Assembly (NCBI GenBank): GCA_045632925.1
Contig: JAZQXP010000067.1
Span: forward strand, 2,209-66,208
DNA from: Eubacteriales bacterium
GTDB lineage: Bacteria > Bacillota > Clostridia > Oscillospirales > CAG-272
Reading direction: 5' to 3'
DNA: 64,000 nucleotides
The notes under the pieces were generated by a model that worked only from the letters and a program-made list of their open reading frames with translations, had not been told where the DNA came from and made no database searches. Of this stretch, positions 53,542 through 62,078 are shown piece after piece (position 1 is the first letter of the stretch; each line of letters begins with the position of its first letter). Made by a program: the position numbers and the translations under genes.

Positions 53542-53753
53542 CTCCGTCCTCCCGAAAGCTTTTGACCGAGATCACGGAGCTGATCGTCGCTGATATTCTC
53601 AAGCGCGCGGCGAACGCTCGAAATGTCACCCTCGGTCACGTTGTAGCTTGAAAGATCGAGCCCGTAATCGCGGGCAAATTTGTTAACGAGAAATTTAAGC
53701 TGAGAGTCGTTCAGCGAAAGTAGGCGTGAAAGCGCGGATCGGTCAAATTCCAT
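53538..53753 (-). CDS. hypothetical protein (71 aa)
   Basis: First gene of a tightly coupled 3-gene unit. GGAGGT RBS. Confidence 0.6.
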   Translation of the reverse strand: MEFDRSALSRLLSLNDSQLKFLVNKFARDYGLDLSSYNVTEGDISSVRRALENISDDQLRDLGQKLSGGRR

Positions 53754-53897
53754 ATCTGTATACCTCCAAAAATCAGTTCACTACAGTATATGCCGGGAAT
53801 TCGCCTTGGTGAATTTTCAAAAACAGGTAGACAAAGCCGCTTTTTCGTGTTATAATATATAATGTATGTTTATGTAAGTTTATAGGAGGTGGTCGGA

Positions 53898-54434
53898 TTG
53901 ACTCGCAAAATACTCATCTTCTCGGATTCGCACGAGGAGGCAAAATATTTGAACAAGGCACTCGCCATGAACTCAGACGCGGACCTGATCGTCCATCTCG
54001 GCGACGGAGCCTACGATCTCACCCGCCCGCTTCCCGAAAATTACGAAAAGCCGATCGTGGCGATCGAAGGCAACGGCGAATACTACGGTTGGATCAAGGT
54101 CGACCGACGTTATCTCCCAAAAAGGACAGAGACCGTCGAGTTCGAGGGCAAGAAGATCTTCATGACACACGGTCATCTTTACGACGTCAAATACGGTCTC
54201 GAGAGGATCGCAGCTCGCGCATACGATGACGGCGCGGACATCGTCCTCTTCGGACACACTCACGTTCCGATAGTAAAATATCTTCCCGAGGGAACAGAGC
54301 TCGAATTCATCGGCAAGACCGAGCGTCCCCTGCTCCTCTTCAATCCCGGAAGCATCGGGATGGGAATCAAGCACAGCTTCGGACTTCTCACCTTCAGCGG
54401 AAACGATGTACTTCCCTCCCACGGAGAAATATAA
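53898..54434 (+). CDS. YfcE/MJ0936-type metallophosphoesterase
   Basis: SDSH, GDGAYD, THGH and GHTH motifs. AGGAGG at 53884-89 favours TTG 53898 over GTG 53889. Confidence 0.8.
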   Translation: MTRKILIFSDSHEEAKYLNKALAMNSDADLIVHLGDGAYDLTRPLPENYEKPIVAIEGNGEYYGWIKVDRRYLPKRTETVEFEGKKIFMTHGHLYDVKYGLERIAARAYDDGADIVLFGHTHVPIVKYLPEGTELEFIGKTERPLLLFNPGSIGMGIKHSFGLLTFSGNDVLPSHGEI

Positions 54435-54459
54435 AAGACACCCCTTTCGGGATGTCTTC
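54435..54459. terminator. intrinsic terminator-like hairpin between convergent genes
   Basis: AAGACACCCC-TTTC-GGGATGTCTT (one mismatch). Confidence 0.5.
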
Positions 54460-54475
54460 CGGATGTAGATCCATA

Positions 54476-54778
54476 TTAAACGGTTACGGGATCTCCCGCT
54501 TCCTCGGCTTCTGCCTCTGCATTTTCAAGTGCCTCGCGGTATGCGTCGAGAACTGCAGTCTCGAGAGCTGCGCGGAAGGGAGCGTTGATGGGGTGAACGA
54601 TATCTCTGAAGGTCTCGTCCGGGTTCTTACGGCTGGGCATTACGATAAAAAGCTTCTCTCTTGCGGAAATGACTTTGATATCGTGAACCGCAAGCTGATT
54701 GTCAAGAGTGACGGAGGCAATCGCTCTCATAGGACCTTCGTCAAAAAGCTTTCTGATTTTTACATCGGTGATTTCCAT
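54476..54778 (-). CDS. spoVG: septation protein SpoVG
   Basis: MEITDVKIRK...MRAIASVT.D..LAVHDIKVI signature. AAGGAG RBS before ATG 54778. Confidence 0.92.
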   Translation of the reverse strand: MEITDVKIRKLFDEGPMRAIASVTLDNQLAVHDIKVISAREKLFIVMPSRKNPDETFRDIVHPINAPFRAALETAVLDAYREALENAEAEAEEAGDPVTV

Positions 54779-54954
54779 TTTTTTACTCCTTGGGTTCAAT
54801 TTTTTAATTAACAATTATAGTATACACTACTTTTGTGACGGTTATTCAAACAAAATAAAATTTTTCTGTGAAAAGTGGCGGAAAATTTAATTGAGACCGT
54901 CCTAATTTCTCATAATTATTATCAGCCGACCCTTTCGGCGGAACGGAGACTCAT

Positions 54955-56349
54955 ATGTCTGTAGAAAATACACATTACGGAGCCGCTCGCATAGCGGAGA
55001 TCCTTTCGGGCGCATCGAGCCTGTATTTCATCGGAATCGGGGGCATAAACATGTCCTCTCTTGCGCATATTTCGCACATCCGCGGATTCCGCGTAGGAGG
55101 ATCGGATCAGATGCAGACCGCTCTGACCGACCGACTCACCGATGCGGGTATCGAGATATTCTATTCGCACGAGGCAAGCCATATCGAGGGCTATGACGCC
55201 ATCGTCTACACCGTAGCTATCGCTCCCGACAACCCCGAGTATACCGCCGCACTCGCACGCGGAATCCCCTGCATCTCGAGAGCGGATTTTCTCGGATATA
55301 TCATGACGGGCTACCGCAATCGCGTTGGTGTTTCGGGTATGCACGGCAAGAGCACCTGCACCTCGATGTGTGCCCTCTCCTTCATGCACGCGGGCGGAGA
55401 TCCCACGGTCCTCTCGGGCGCGACTCTCGCGGAAATGGGCGGTGCATACCGCATCGGATGTGAGGATCACTTCATCTTCGAGGCTTGCGAATATATGGAT
55501 TCATTCCTCGATTTCAACCCGAACATTGCAATAATTCTCAATATCGAGCTCGACCACGTCGACTACTTCAAGAGCATAACCCAAGTCCGCCGCTCCTTCT
55601 CGGATTACGCCGCGATTACGGGCACAAACGGCTACGCTGTTGTCAACGGCGACGACGAAAACGTCCGCCTTGCTATGGCGGGATACGCGGGAACTCTCGT
55701 TACCTTCGGTCTCTCCGAGGGATGCGACTACACCGCATACAATATCGAATATATTTCGGGAATGGCATCCTTCGACGTTTATTTCAGAGGCGAATATGCC
55801 GCGCATATCACCCTCTCGGTTCCCGGACGTCACAACGTATACAACGCTCTCGCCGCATTTGCCGCGGCTATGATCTGCGGACTCGATCCCGATACCGTAG
55901 CCGAAGGTCTTTCGCACTATCTCGGCGCGGGCAGGCGAATGGAATACAAGGGTAAGTGGAACGATGTCGACGTTTACGACGACTATGCACATCATCCGAC
56001 CGAGATCGCCGTCACCCTCGGCGGCTTCCGCGATATGGGCTTCGGCAGACTCTTCTGCATCTATCAGCCGCACACCTACAGCCGTACCGCCGCGCTCTGG
56101 GACGATTTCGTCTCGGCTCTCTCAACCGCGGATCGAGTTCTGATGGTCGACATCTACGCCGCCCGCGAAAAGGACACCCTCGGCGTAAGCTCTTCTCTGC
56201 TTGCTCAGGCGATCGGTGATAAAGCCGATTACTGCGCGTCATTTGACGACGCCATCGCCATCCTCTCGGCGGAGGCAAAGCCGGGCGATGCCATCATCGT
56301 TATGGGCGCGGGTACCGTCTACCGCATCTTCCCCCTTCTCGGACTCTGA
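54955..56349 (+). CDS. murC: UDP-N-acetylmuramate--L-alanine ligase
   Basis: GIGGINMS and GMHGKSTCTSM P-loop. Mur ligase colinearity. Confidence 0.92.
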   Translation: MSVENTHYGAARIAEILSGASSLYFIGIGGINMSSLAHISHIRGFRVGGSDQMQTALTDRLTDAGIEIFYSHEASHIEGYDAIVYTVAIAPDNPEYTAALARGIPCISRADFLGYIMTGYRNRVGVSGMHGKSTCTSMCALSFMHAGGDPTVLSGATLAEMGGAYRIGCEDHFIFEACEYMDSFLDFNPNIAIILNIELDHVDYFKSITQVRRSFSDYAAITGTNGYAVVNGDDENVRLAMAGYAGTLVTFGLSEGCDYTAYNIEYISGMASFDVYFRGEYAAHITLSVPGRHNVYNALAAFAAAMICGLDPDTVAEGLSHYLGAGRRMEYKGKWNDVDVYDDYAHHPTEIAVTLGGFRDMGFGRLFCIYQPHTYSRTAALWDDFVSALSTADRVLMVDIYAAREKDTLGVSSSLLAQAIGDKADYCASFDDAIAILSAEAKPGDAIIVMGAGTVYRIFPLLGL

Positions 56350-57128
56350 TGGATAACGCGAGAGGATACGGCGCGATAGCGCACATTTACGATATGATCA
56401 ACGGCGAGCGGCATTATGAGGCTTGGGCTGACTTTGCCGAGGCTTGCTTTGAGAAATTTTTACCGAACCGCCCCGAGCTCGTTCTCGATCTCGCTTGCGG
56501 TACGGGAACTCTGACCTCGATCCTCGCCGAGAGAGGCTATGATATGACGGGTGTCGATCTTTCGCCCGAGATGCTCTCGGTAGCTCGCGAAAGATGTCCC
56601 GAGAGCGTGCTCCTACTTCTGCAGGATATCACCGCCTTCGAGCTTTACGGCACCGTCGGAGCGGTCACGTGCTCATTTGATTCGCTGAATCATCTGACTC
56701 GCAAGGGTCAGCTCGAGCGCACCTTCGCGCTCGTACATAATTATCTCGACCCGAACGGTCTCTTTATCTTCGATATGAATACTCCCGCGAGATTCGAGAA
56801 AGAATACGGAAAGAATTCATATCAGATCGAAGCCGAAACCGAGGATGGCTGTGCGGTCTTCTGCAACTGGCAGAACGATTATTCGGCTAAGCGCGGCATC
56901 TGCCGCTTCTACCTCAGCGTTTTTACCGAGGAGGAAGCCGGCACGGAGATCTATTCCCGCCGCGACGAGGAATGGAGCGAGAGATGCTACACCCGTGAGG
57001 AGATCGAGGAAAAGCTCAAGACGGCGGGCTTTGAGATCTGCGGAGTCTACGGAAGCACCAAAATGAAGCGCGCTTCAAAAAACGATTCAAAATTCTATTT
57101 CGCCGCAAGGGCAATAAAGGAACAATAA
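56349..57128 (+). CDS. class I SAM-dependent methyltransferase
   Basis: [12 protein letters not shown] motif I. Start overlaps the murC stop. Confidence 0.8.
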   Translation: MDNARGYGAIAHIYDMINGERHYEAWADFAEACFEKFLPNRPELVLDLACGTGTLTSILAERGYDMTGVDLSPEMLSVARERCPESVLLLLQDITAFELYGTVGAVTCSFDSLNHLTRKGQLERTFALVHNYLDPNGLFIFDMNTPARFEKEYGKNSYQIEAETEDGCAVFCNWQNDYSAKRGICRFYLSVFTEEEAGTEIYSRRDEEWSERCYTREEIEEKLKTAGFEICGVYGSTKMKRASKNDSKFYFAARAIKEQ

Positions 57129-57129
57129 A

Positions 57130-58038
57130 ATGGAAAACAAGAAATCAAGAATTCTTCGCGCACTTTCGCGCGACGGCTCTGCGCGTATCAGCGTTATCGA
57201 CTCGCGCGATATAGTTAACAAGGCGCACGAATATCATAACACGAGCGCAACAGCAACAGCCGCACTCGGCAGACTTCTGACCGCCGCGTCCCTAATGGGA
57301 ATCATGATGGGCGAGGAACAGGAGTCGCTTACACTGACCCTTGCAGGTGACGGACCTGCGGGCAGAATACTCGCCGTTTCCGACTGGCTCGGATGCGTCC
57401 GCGGTTATATCACGAATCCCGCCGTTGAGCTCCCCTTAAACTCTATCGGCAAACTTGACGTAGGCGGCGCAGTCGGCGCGGGTCTGCTTACCGTAGTCCG
57501 CGACAACGGCGACGGCGAGCCCTACAGCGGATCGATCCCGATCACAACGGGAGAGGTTGCCGAGGATATCGCGCGCTACTATGCCGAAAGCGAGCAGCTC
57601 CCGACACTCTGCGCGCTCGGAGTGCTGGTTGACCGTGACCTTACCTGCCTTGCCGCAGGCGGCGTTATGATCCAGCTTCTTCCCTTTGCGGATGAGGATA
57701 TCATCTCGAAGATCGAGAAGAACGCTCCTGCACTCTCGAACGTCTCACGCCTCTTCGAGCAGGGACTTACGCTTAAGGAGATCACAGATATCGCCTTCGA
57801 GGGCATCGAATACGACGTATTTGACGAAAACGACGTTGAATACCGCTGTACCTGCTCACGCGAGAGAATGCTCCGCGCGGTCGCATCGCTCGGCAAGAAG
57901 GACGTTCTCAAACTCCTGGACGAGCAGGAAGCAGAGGGCAAGCCCCGCGAGCTCGAGGTCAACTGCCGCTTCTGCAACGGCTCCTACGTCTTTGACGAGA
58001 ACACTCTCATCGCCGAGTGCGACCAGATCCATAAATAA
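57130..58038 (+). CDS. hslO: Hsp33 family redox-regulated chaperone
   Basis: C-terminal CTCS...CRFC zinc centre. Hsp33 colinearity. Confidence 0.9.
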   Translation: MENKKSRILRALSRDGSARISVIDSRDIVNKAHEYHNTSATATAALGRLLTAASLMGIMMGEEQESLTLTLAGDGPAGRILAVSDWLGCVRGYITNPAVELPLNSIGKLDVGGAVGAGLLTVVRDNGDGEPYSGSIPITTGEVAEDIARYYAESEQLPTLCALGVLVDRDLTCLAAGGVMIQLLPFADEDIISKIEKNAPALSNVSRLFEQGLTLKEITDIAFEGIEYDVFDENDVEYRCTCSRERMLRAVASLGKKDVLKLLDEQEAEGKPRELEVNCRFCNGSYVFDENTLIAECDQIHK

Positions 58039-58076
58039 AAAATTCACCCCGATGAAACATCGGGGTGATTTTTTTA
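58036..58076. terminator. bidirectional intrinsic terminator
   Basis: AAAAAATTCACCCCGATG-AAA-CATCGGGGTGATTTTTTT. Confidence 0.85.
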
Positions 58077-58077
58077 C

Positions 58078-59199
58078 TTATGCTTCTTTGTTTTCCTCTG
58101 CGGGAGTTTCGGCAACGGAAGCTTCCTCTGCGGGAGCTTCAACTGTTGCAGGTTCCTCAACAACTGCGGGTTCCTCAACAACTGCGGGTTCCTCGACAAC
58201 TGCAGGTTCCTCGACAACTGCAGGTTCTTCGACTACCGCAGGTTCTTCGACAACCGCAGGTTCCTCGACTACTGCAGGTTCTTCAACAACCACAGGCTCT
58301 TCGACAACCACGGGTTCCTCAACTACTGTGGGAGCGGGAGCGGGCTTAGGCTCCTCGACGGGTGTGGGAGGAGTGTAAACGGGGATGGGCTCGGGCTCGG
58401 GAGCGACGGGAGGCGTGTAAACCGGCTCGGGCTCAATGGGAGTCTCGGGCTGATGGTCATATCCGCTCGGCTTGCTGAACGCGGACATATAGGTAAGTGC
58501 CGCAACGGGCTCGCCGTAGGTCGGAATTCCATACTCGGGAACGCCGGGAACGGTATTTGCGTGGTTATAGAAATTTGTTCTGGTGAGATCCATATAGGGG
58601 AAGAGCCAGATTCCGAGGAATCCGAGAGTCAGCGGGAGCAGGAGCATCCAGGGTGCGAAGGAAAGTCCCATCAGCACGTAATAATCAAAGCGTCTGCCGC
58701 GCATGATCTCACGGGAGCGTGTGATCGCCTCAAGCGCGCCCATACCGGGATTCTCTGCAATTATCCAGAGAGACTGGGAATAAGAGAACATCTTGACGAT
58801 GCCGGGGATCACGAAAAGCATAGACCAGAGACTTGTGAAAAGACCGACAAGGAAAAGAACCTTGAAAGCCGCCCAGAAACGCTTGAAGCCGCGGAAGATC
58901 TCTCTTGCGCGAACCTTTTCGCTCGGCTGCTTTGCGATCTTCTGGATCATCATTATGTAACCGATATTGAATGCTGGGAATGCGAAGAAGGAATAGAAAA
59001 GCATAATAAGCGATCCTACGCCTGCGATGATAAAGTAGGTCACTACTCCGAGCTGCTTGGGAAGGACGAAGTAAAGGACTGCGGGAAGTGCGAGCAAAGC
59101 GATCATGGCAAGCGAGAACAGCAGGCAGGCAAGGAAGAGTGTTCCTACGTTGCCGCGCAGCTGATGCTTTGCCATAAATTTAAAATGTGCTCTTGTCAT
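58078..59199 (-). CDS. DUF975-family membrane protein with C-terminal (x-V-V-E-E-P)n repeat tail
   Basis: DUF975-like N-terminus and TM topology. Pro-rich linker followed by 10-11 hexapeptide repeats. Confidence 0.75.
   Translation of the reverse strand: MTRAHFKFMAKHQLRGNVGTLFLACLLFSLAMIALLALPAVLYFVLPKQLGVVTYFIIAGVGSLIMLFYSFFAFPAFNIGYIMMIQKIAKQPSEKVRAREIFRGFKRFWAAFKVLFLVGLFTSLWSMLFVIPGIVKMFSYSQSLWIIAENPGMGALEAITRSREIMRGRRFDYYVLMGLSFAPWMLLLPLTLGFLGIWLFPYMDLTRTNFYNHANTVPGVPEYGIPTYGEPVAALTYMSAFSKPSGYDHQPETPIEPEPVYTPPVAPEPEPIPVYTPPTPVEEPKPAPAPTVVEEPVVVEEPVVVEEPAVVEEPAVVEEPAVVEEPAVVEEPAVVEEPAVVEEPAVVEEPATVEAPAEEASVAETPAEENKEA
58133..58330. repeat. 18-bp tandem repeat x10-11 inside the CDS
   Basis: GGTTCCTC(A/G)ACAACTGC(G/A)-type units. 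Copies differ mostly at synonymous positions. Confidence 0.9.
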
Positions 59200-59331
59200 A
59201 ACAAAATCTCCATTTCAATTATTTTGGAATTTAAAGTTAATTAATTATAGCACAGACCAACTCCACATTCCATTGGCAAAAATGCCAAAAAACGCAAAAT
59301 TAATTTGTGTAAAATTAACAAGCGAAAGGAC

Positions 59332-60012
59332 TTATTTGTCGTTAACCGTCCTATGCGTGCAGATTTCCCTGAGCTTTTCGGGACACGCATCGCATCTCGG
59401 CGACTGCGCGCGGCAGATGTCACGTCCGAAATCAACGAGGCGGTGGCAGGTGTCGGTCTGCTTCCCCTTCGGAATGGCATCGGTCAGAATACGCTCGACC
59501 TTCAAGGGATCCTTTAATTCCTCGGGATAAAAGCCGAGTCTTCCGCAGATGCGGATACAATGCGTATCTGCAACGATACCGGGGATACCGAAAACGTCTC
59601 CGAGCAGGAGATTCGCGATCTTCCTTCCGACTCCGGGAAACTCGCAGAGCTTATCTATATCTCTCGGCAGCTCGCCTCCGTATTCGTCGCGAAGCTTGAT
59701 ACAAGCCGCCTTGATCGACGCCGCCTTCGTTCTGTAAAGACCGCAGGGTCGAACGATTGTTTCGATATCCTCGAGCGGTGCATCAGCGAGAGAGGAAAGC
59801 GTCGGATATTTCTCAAAAAGATCACGGCAAACAATATTTACTCTCGCGTCCGTGCATTGAGCAGAAAGTCTGCCCATAACCATCAACCGCCAAGCGTCTC
59901 CCCCTCCCCACTCAAGCGAGCATGCGGAATCGGGATAGAGCTTCTCAAGCTCGGCGGCAACTATTTCGCCTCTCTCGGTATCGGGGGCTTTTTTCTTTGT
60001 TTCTTTTTTCAT
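59332..60012 (-). CDS. nth: endonuclease III
   Basis: HhH-GPD FPGVGRKIANLLL and a C-terminal 4-Cys Fe-S cluster motif. Confidence 0.9.
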   Translation of the reverse strand: MKKETKKKAPDTERGEIVAAELEKLYPDSACSLEWGGGDAWRLMVMGRLSAQCTDARVNIVCRDLFEKYPTLSSLADAPLEDIETIVRPCGLYRTKAASIKAACIKLRDEYGGELPRDIDKLCEFPGVGRKIANLLLGDVFGIPGIVADTHCIRICGRLGFYPEELKDPLKVERILTDAIPKGKQTDTCHRLVDFGRDICRAQSPRCDACPEKLREICTHRTVNDK

Positions 60013-60104
60013 TTTTCTCCTTGCGACAGATTTCTGTCAGTCACGGATCATTCGTTTGGTGTATAATAGTGCCGAGTCGGGAACATATGAAAGGACAAAG
60101 CACT

Positions 60105-60329
60105 ATGACTTGGGAAATACTAACGGGTCTTATGACCCTTTGCGGATCGCTTATAGCGATATTCAAGATCGTGGCAAAGCTCAACAGAACGATCGTTTCG
60201 CTCGAGGACGCCGTTCATAATCTCAACGAAAGCGTACACGCGCAATCGGAAAAGAACCGCGTTTTTTACGAAAAGATCGGAGATCACGAAACTCGCCTGA
60301 GCCTGCTCGAGATCGGAAGGGAGGGATAA
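60105..60329 (+). CDS. BhlA/UviB-like small membrane protein (N-terminal TM plus coiled coil)
   Basis: 74 aa. Architecture and position directly before a holin gene. Alternative start at ATG 60087. Confidence 0.5.
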   Translation: MTWEILTGLMTLCGSLIAIFKIVAKLNRTIVSLEDAVHNLNESVHAQSEKNRVFYEKIGDHETRLSLLEIGREG

Positions 60330-60330
60330 A

Positions 60331-60537
60331 ATGGGAATCAACTGGAAACAGAAGCTCTCCTCACGCAAATTCTGGGCGGCACTTGCCGGATTCGTCGGCG
60401 CGGTCGCTGTAGTCTGCGGCGCGGGAGAATCGCTGATCGCGGAGGTCACTGCCATCATCTCTGCCGCAGGAGTGCTCATCGCCTACATTCTCGGCGAGAG
60501 CATTATCGATAAAGCATCCGCGGAAAAAGAGGACTGA
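60331..60537 (+). CDS. phage-type holin (phi LC3/SPP1-like family)
   Basis: N-terminus M.INWKQKLSSRKFWAAL typical of this holin family, plus a TM pair. Starts 1 nt after the previous stop. Confidence 0.7.
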   Translation: MGINWKQKLSSRKFWAALAGFVGAVAVVCGAGESLIAEVTAIISAAGVLIAYILGESIIDKASAEKED

Positions 60538-60548
60538 TCCTCATAAAG

Positions 60549-60586
60549 CTCAGCCTGTTGCAAATTGCAACAGGCTGAATCTTTTT
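60549..60586. terminator. bidirectional intrinsic terminator
   Basis: TCAGCCTGTTGCAA/TTGCAACAGGCTGA palindrome plus a T-tract. Confidence 0.8.
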
Positions 60587-62066
60587 ACGGAAGCTTCTCG
60601 AAGGATTGGATAGAACGCTCGATAGCCTTTTTTGTCATAGGCGCGTTCGCCTTGATAACTGCAGAGATCGACATACCCGCGGAGATCGCGTCCTGAATAG
60701 CGGTCTTAAAGCCGCCCCAGCTGAGGATCTCGGCATAGTCGGAGGATACGCTTGTCGTAATAATATCAAGCATAGCCGCGGACTCCGCGTCATCAATATA
60801 TCTGCCCTTGAGACAGATATCGTAATACGCGGGTGTAACGGTCTCAACCGACTCGATAGCCATTGCCTCAACAACAAATGAAGAAACGTCAAGCTCCTTG
60901 TCCTTTGTAGTTGTCGGGAAGCATACTACAGTGCAGCAATAACCGGTAGTGTACTGATGATAGTTTTCCTGATCGGCAGTGTACTTGGGCATCGGGATGA
61001 TACCGAAGTTCAGATCGTAGTTCTGACGCATAGTCTGCGCGTGCTGAAGGACCTCAGCCCAGAAGAGGGACTGACCGTTTCCGAAGAGGTCTCTGATATC
61101 CTGGTCAGCACCGAGATAGATGCCGTCGTTGTCGGCAACCTTTTCGGTAAGATATGTAACAACGTCAATGAAGCGCGCGTTATCCGCCGCAACAAGCTCG
61201 GGGATATCGTCCGCATTCTTCTGTGTAAGCATTTCGCCCGAGCCCATCGTCATCATAAAGCCGAAGGTAACCTGTGCGGATGCGCCGAAGGTATCCGCAA
61301 GAGAAACGACACCGTCGCCGTCGTCCTTCTTTGCAGCCTCAACGTACTCGAAGAACTTTTCGTATACCCATTCGTTATCGTTGACAAGATCATAGATCGT
61401 CTTAAGCTGAAGATTCTCGATCATATCCTTGTTGAAGAACATGGTACGGATTGCGCGGTCGTCAACGGTCGTGATCGCACCGGTGGCAAAATACTGTCTG
61501 TTACCGATCGACCAAGCCTTGTTCGAGGACTGTGTCCACCACTGACCTCCAAGATTGATGTTCTGCATATCGGTCATATCCTGAAGATAGCCCGACTGAG
61601 AAGCATATGCGGCATCGGCAAGTCCCATATAGAGGACCTGATAGGAGGTATCTCCCGAGGAGATACGGTTTCCTACGTCGTTGCGGAAGGTGAGGTTTCC
61701 GCTGGCGATCTCATCAAACTGAACGCCGTACTTTTCGGTAATGACCGCGTTTCTGTTATAAATAGCATCGTTGAGAACGGTACCGTCGATATCGTCAACG
61801 AAAAGGTCGCTCTCCCAAGTGCCGTTATAAAGACGGCTGAAGAAGGTTACGGTCTCGCCGTTCAGATCACGGAGACCGAGAATGTTTTCCGCGTTGACGG
61901 CGGTAGTCTCGTCAGCAACTGTTGTGGCGGGAGCTTCAACGGTGGGATCGGTGACTGTGGGAGGCTCGGTCTGCTGATCGGTTGTAGTCTCTGCGCAAGC
62001 AACCGCAGAGACGAGCATCAGAACAAGCAGAAGTGCCGAAACGATCCTGATAAGAGTCTTTTTCAT
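60585..62066 (-). CDS. ABC-transporter-type extracellular solute-binding lipoprotein (carbohydrate class), paralog A
   Basis: Lipobox AVAC and T/E/P linker. About 60% identical by eye to the neighbouring gene. Confidence 0.75.
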   Translation of the reverse strand: MKKTLIRIVSALLLVLMLVSAVACAETTTDQQTEPPTVTDPTVEAPATTVADETTAVNAENILGLRDLNGETVTFFSRLYNGTWESDLFVDDIDGTVLNDAIYNRNAVITEKYGVQFDEIASGNLTFRNDVGNRISSGDTSYQVLYMGLADAAYASQSGYLQDMTDMQNINLGGQWWTQSSNKAWSIGNRQYFATGAITTVDDRAIRTMFFNKDMIENLQLKTIYDLVNDNEWVYEKFFEYVEAAKKDDGDGVVSLADTFGASAQVTFGFMMTMGSGEMLTQKNADDIPELVAADNARFIDVVTYLTEKVADNDGIYLGADQDIRDLFGNGQSLFWAEVLQHAQTMRQNYDLNFGIIPMPKYTADQENYHQYTTGYCCTVVCFPTTTKDKELDVSSFVVEAMAIESVETVTPAYYDICLKGRYIDDAESAAMLDIITTSVSSDYAEILSWGGFKTAIQDAISAGMSISAVIKANAPMTKKAIERSIQSFEKLP

Positions 62067-62078
62067 TTTTATTTTTCT

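Noticed and set aside
57686-58378. 230-aa ORF with an (SSTTAG)n repeat, and the 94-aa ORF 58065-58349 with a (LQVPQQ/LRVP)n repeat.
   Set aside because: These are alternative-frame or opposite-strand read-throughs of the 18-bp repeat inside the DUF975 gene. They also overlap the hslO 3' end and its terminator.
60087-60537. A prophage at the holin locus.
   Set aside because: No terminase, capsid, tail, integrase or lysin genes occur anywhere in the window. The flanks are housekeeping genes (nth) and SBP genes.
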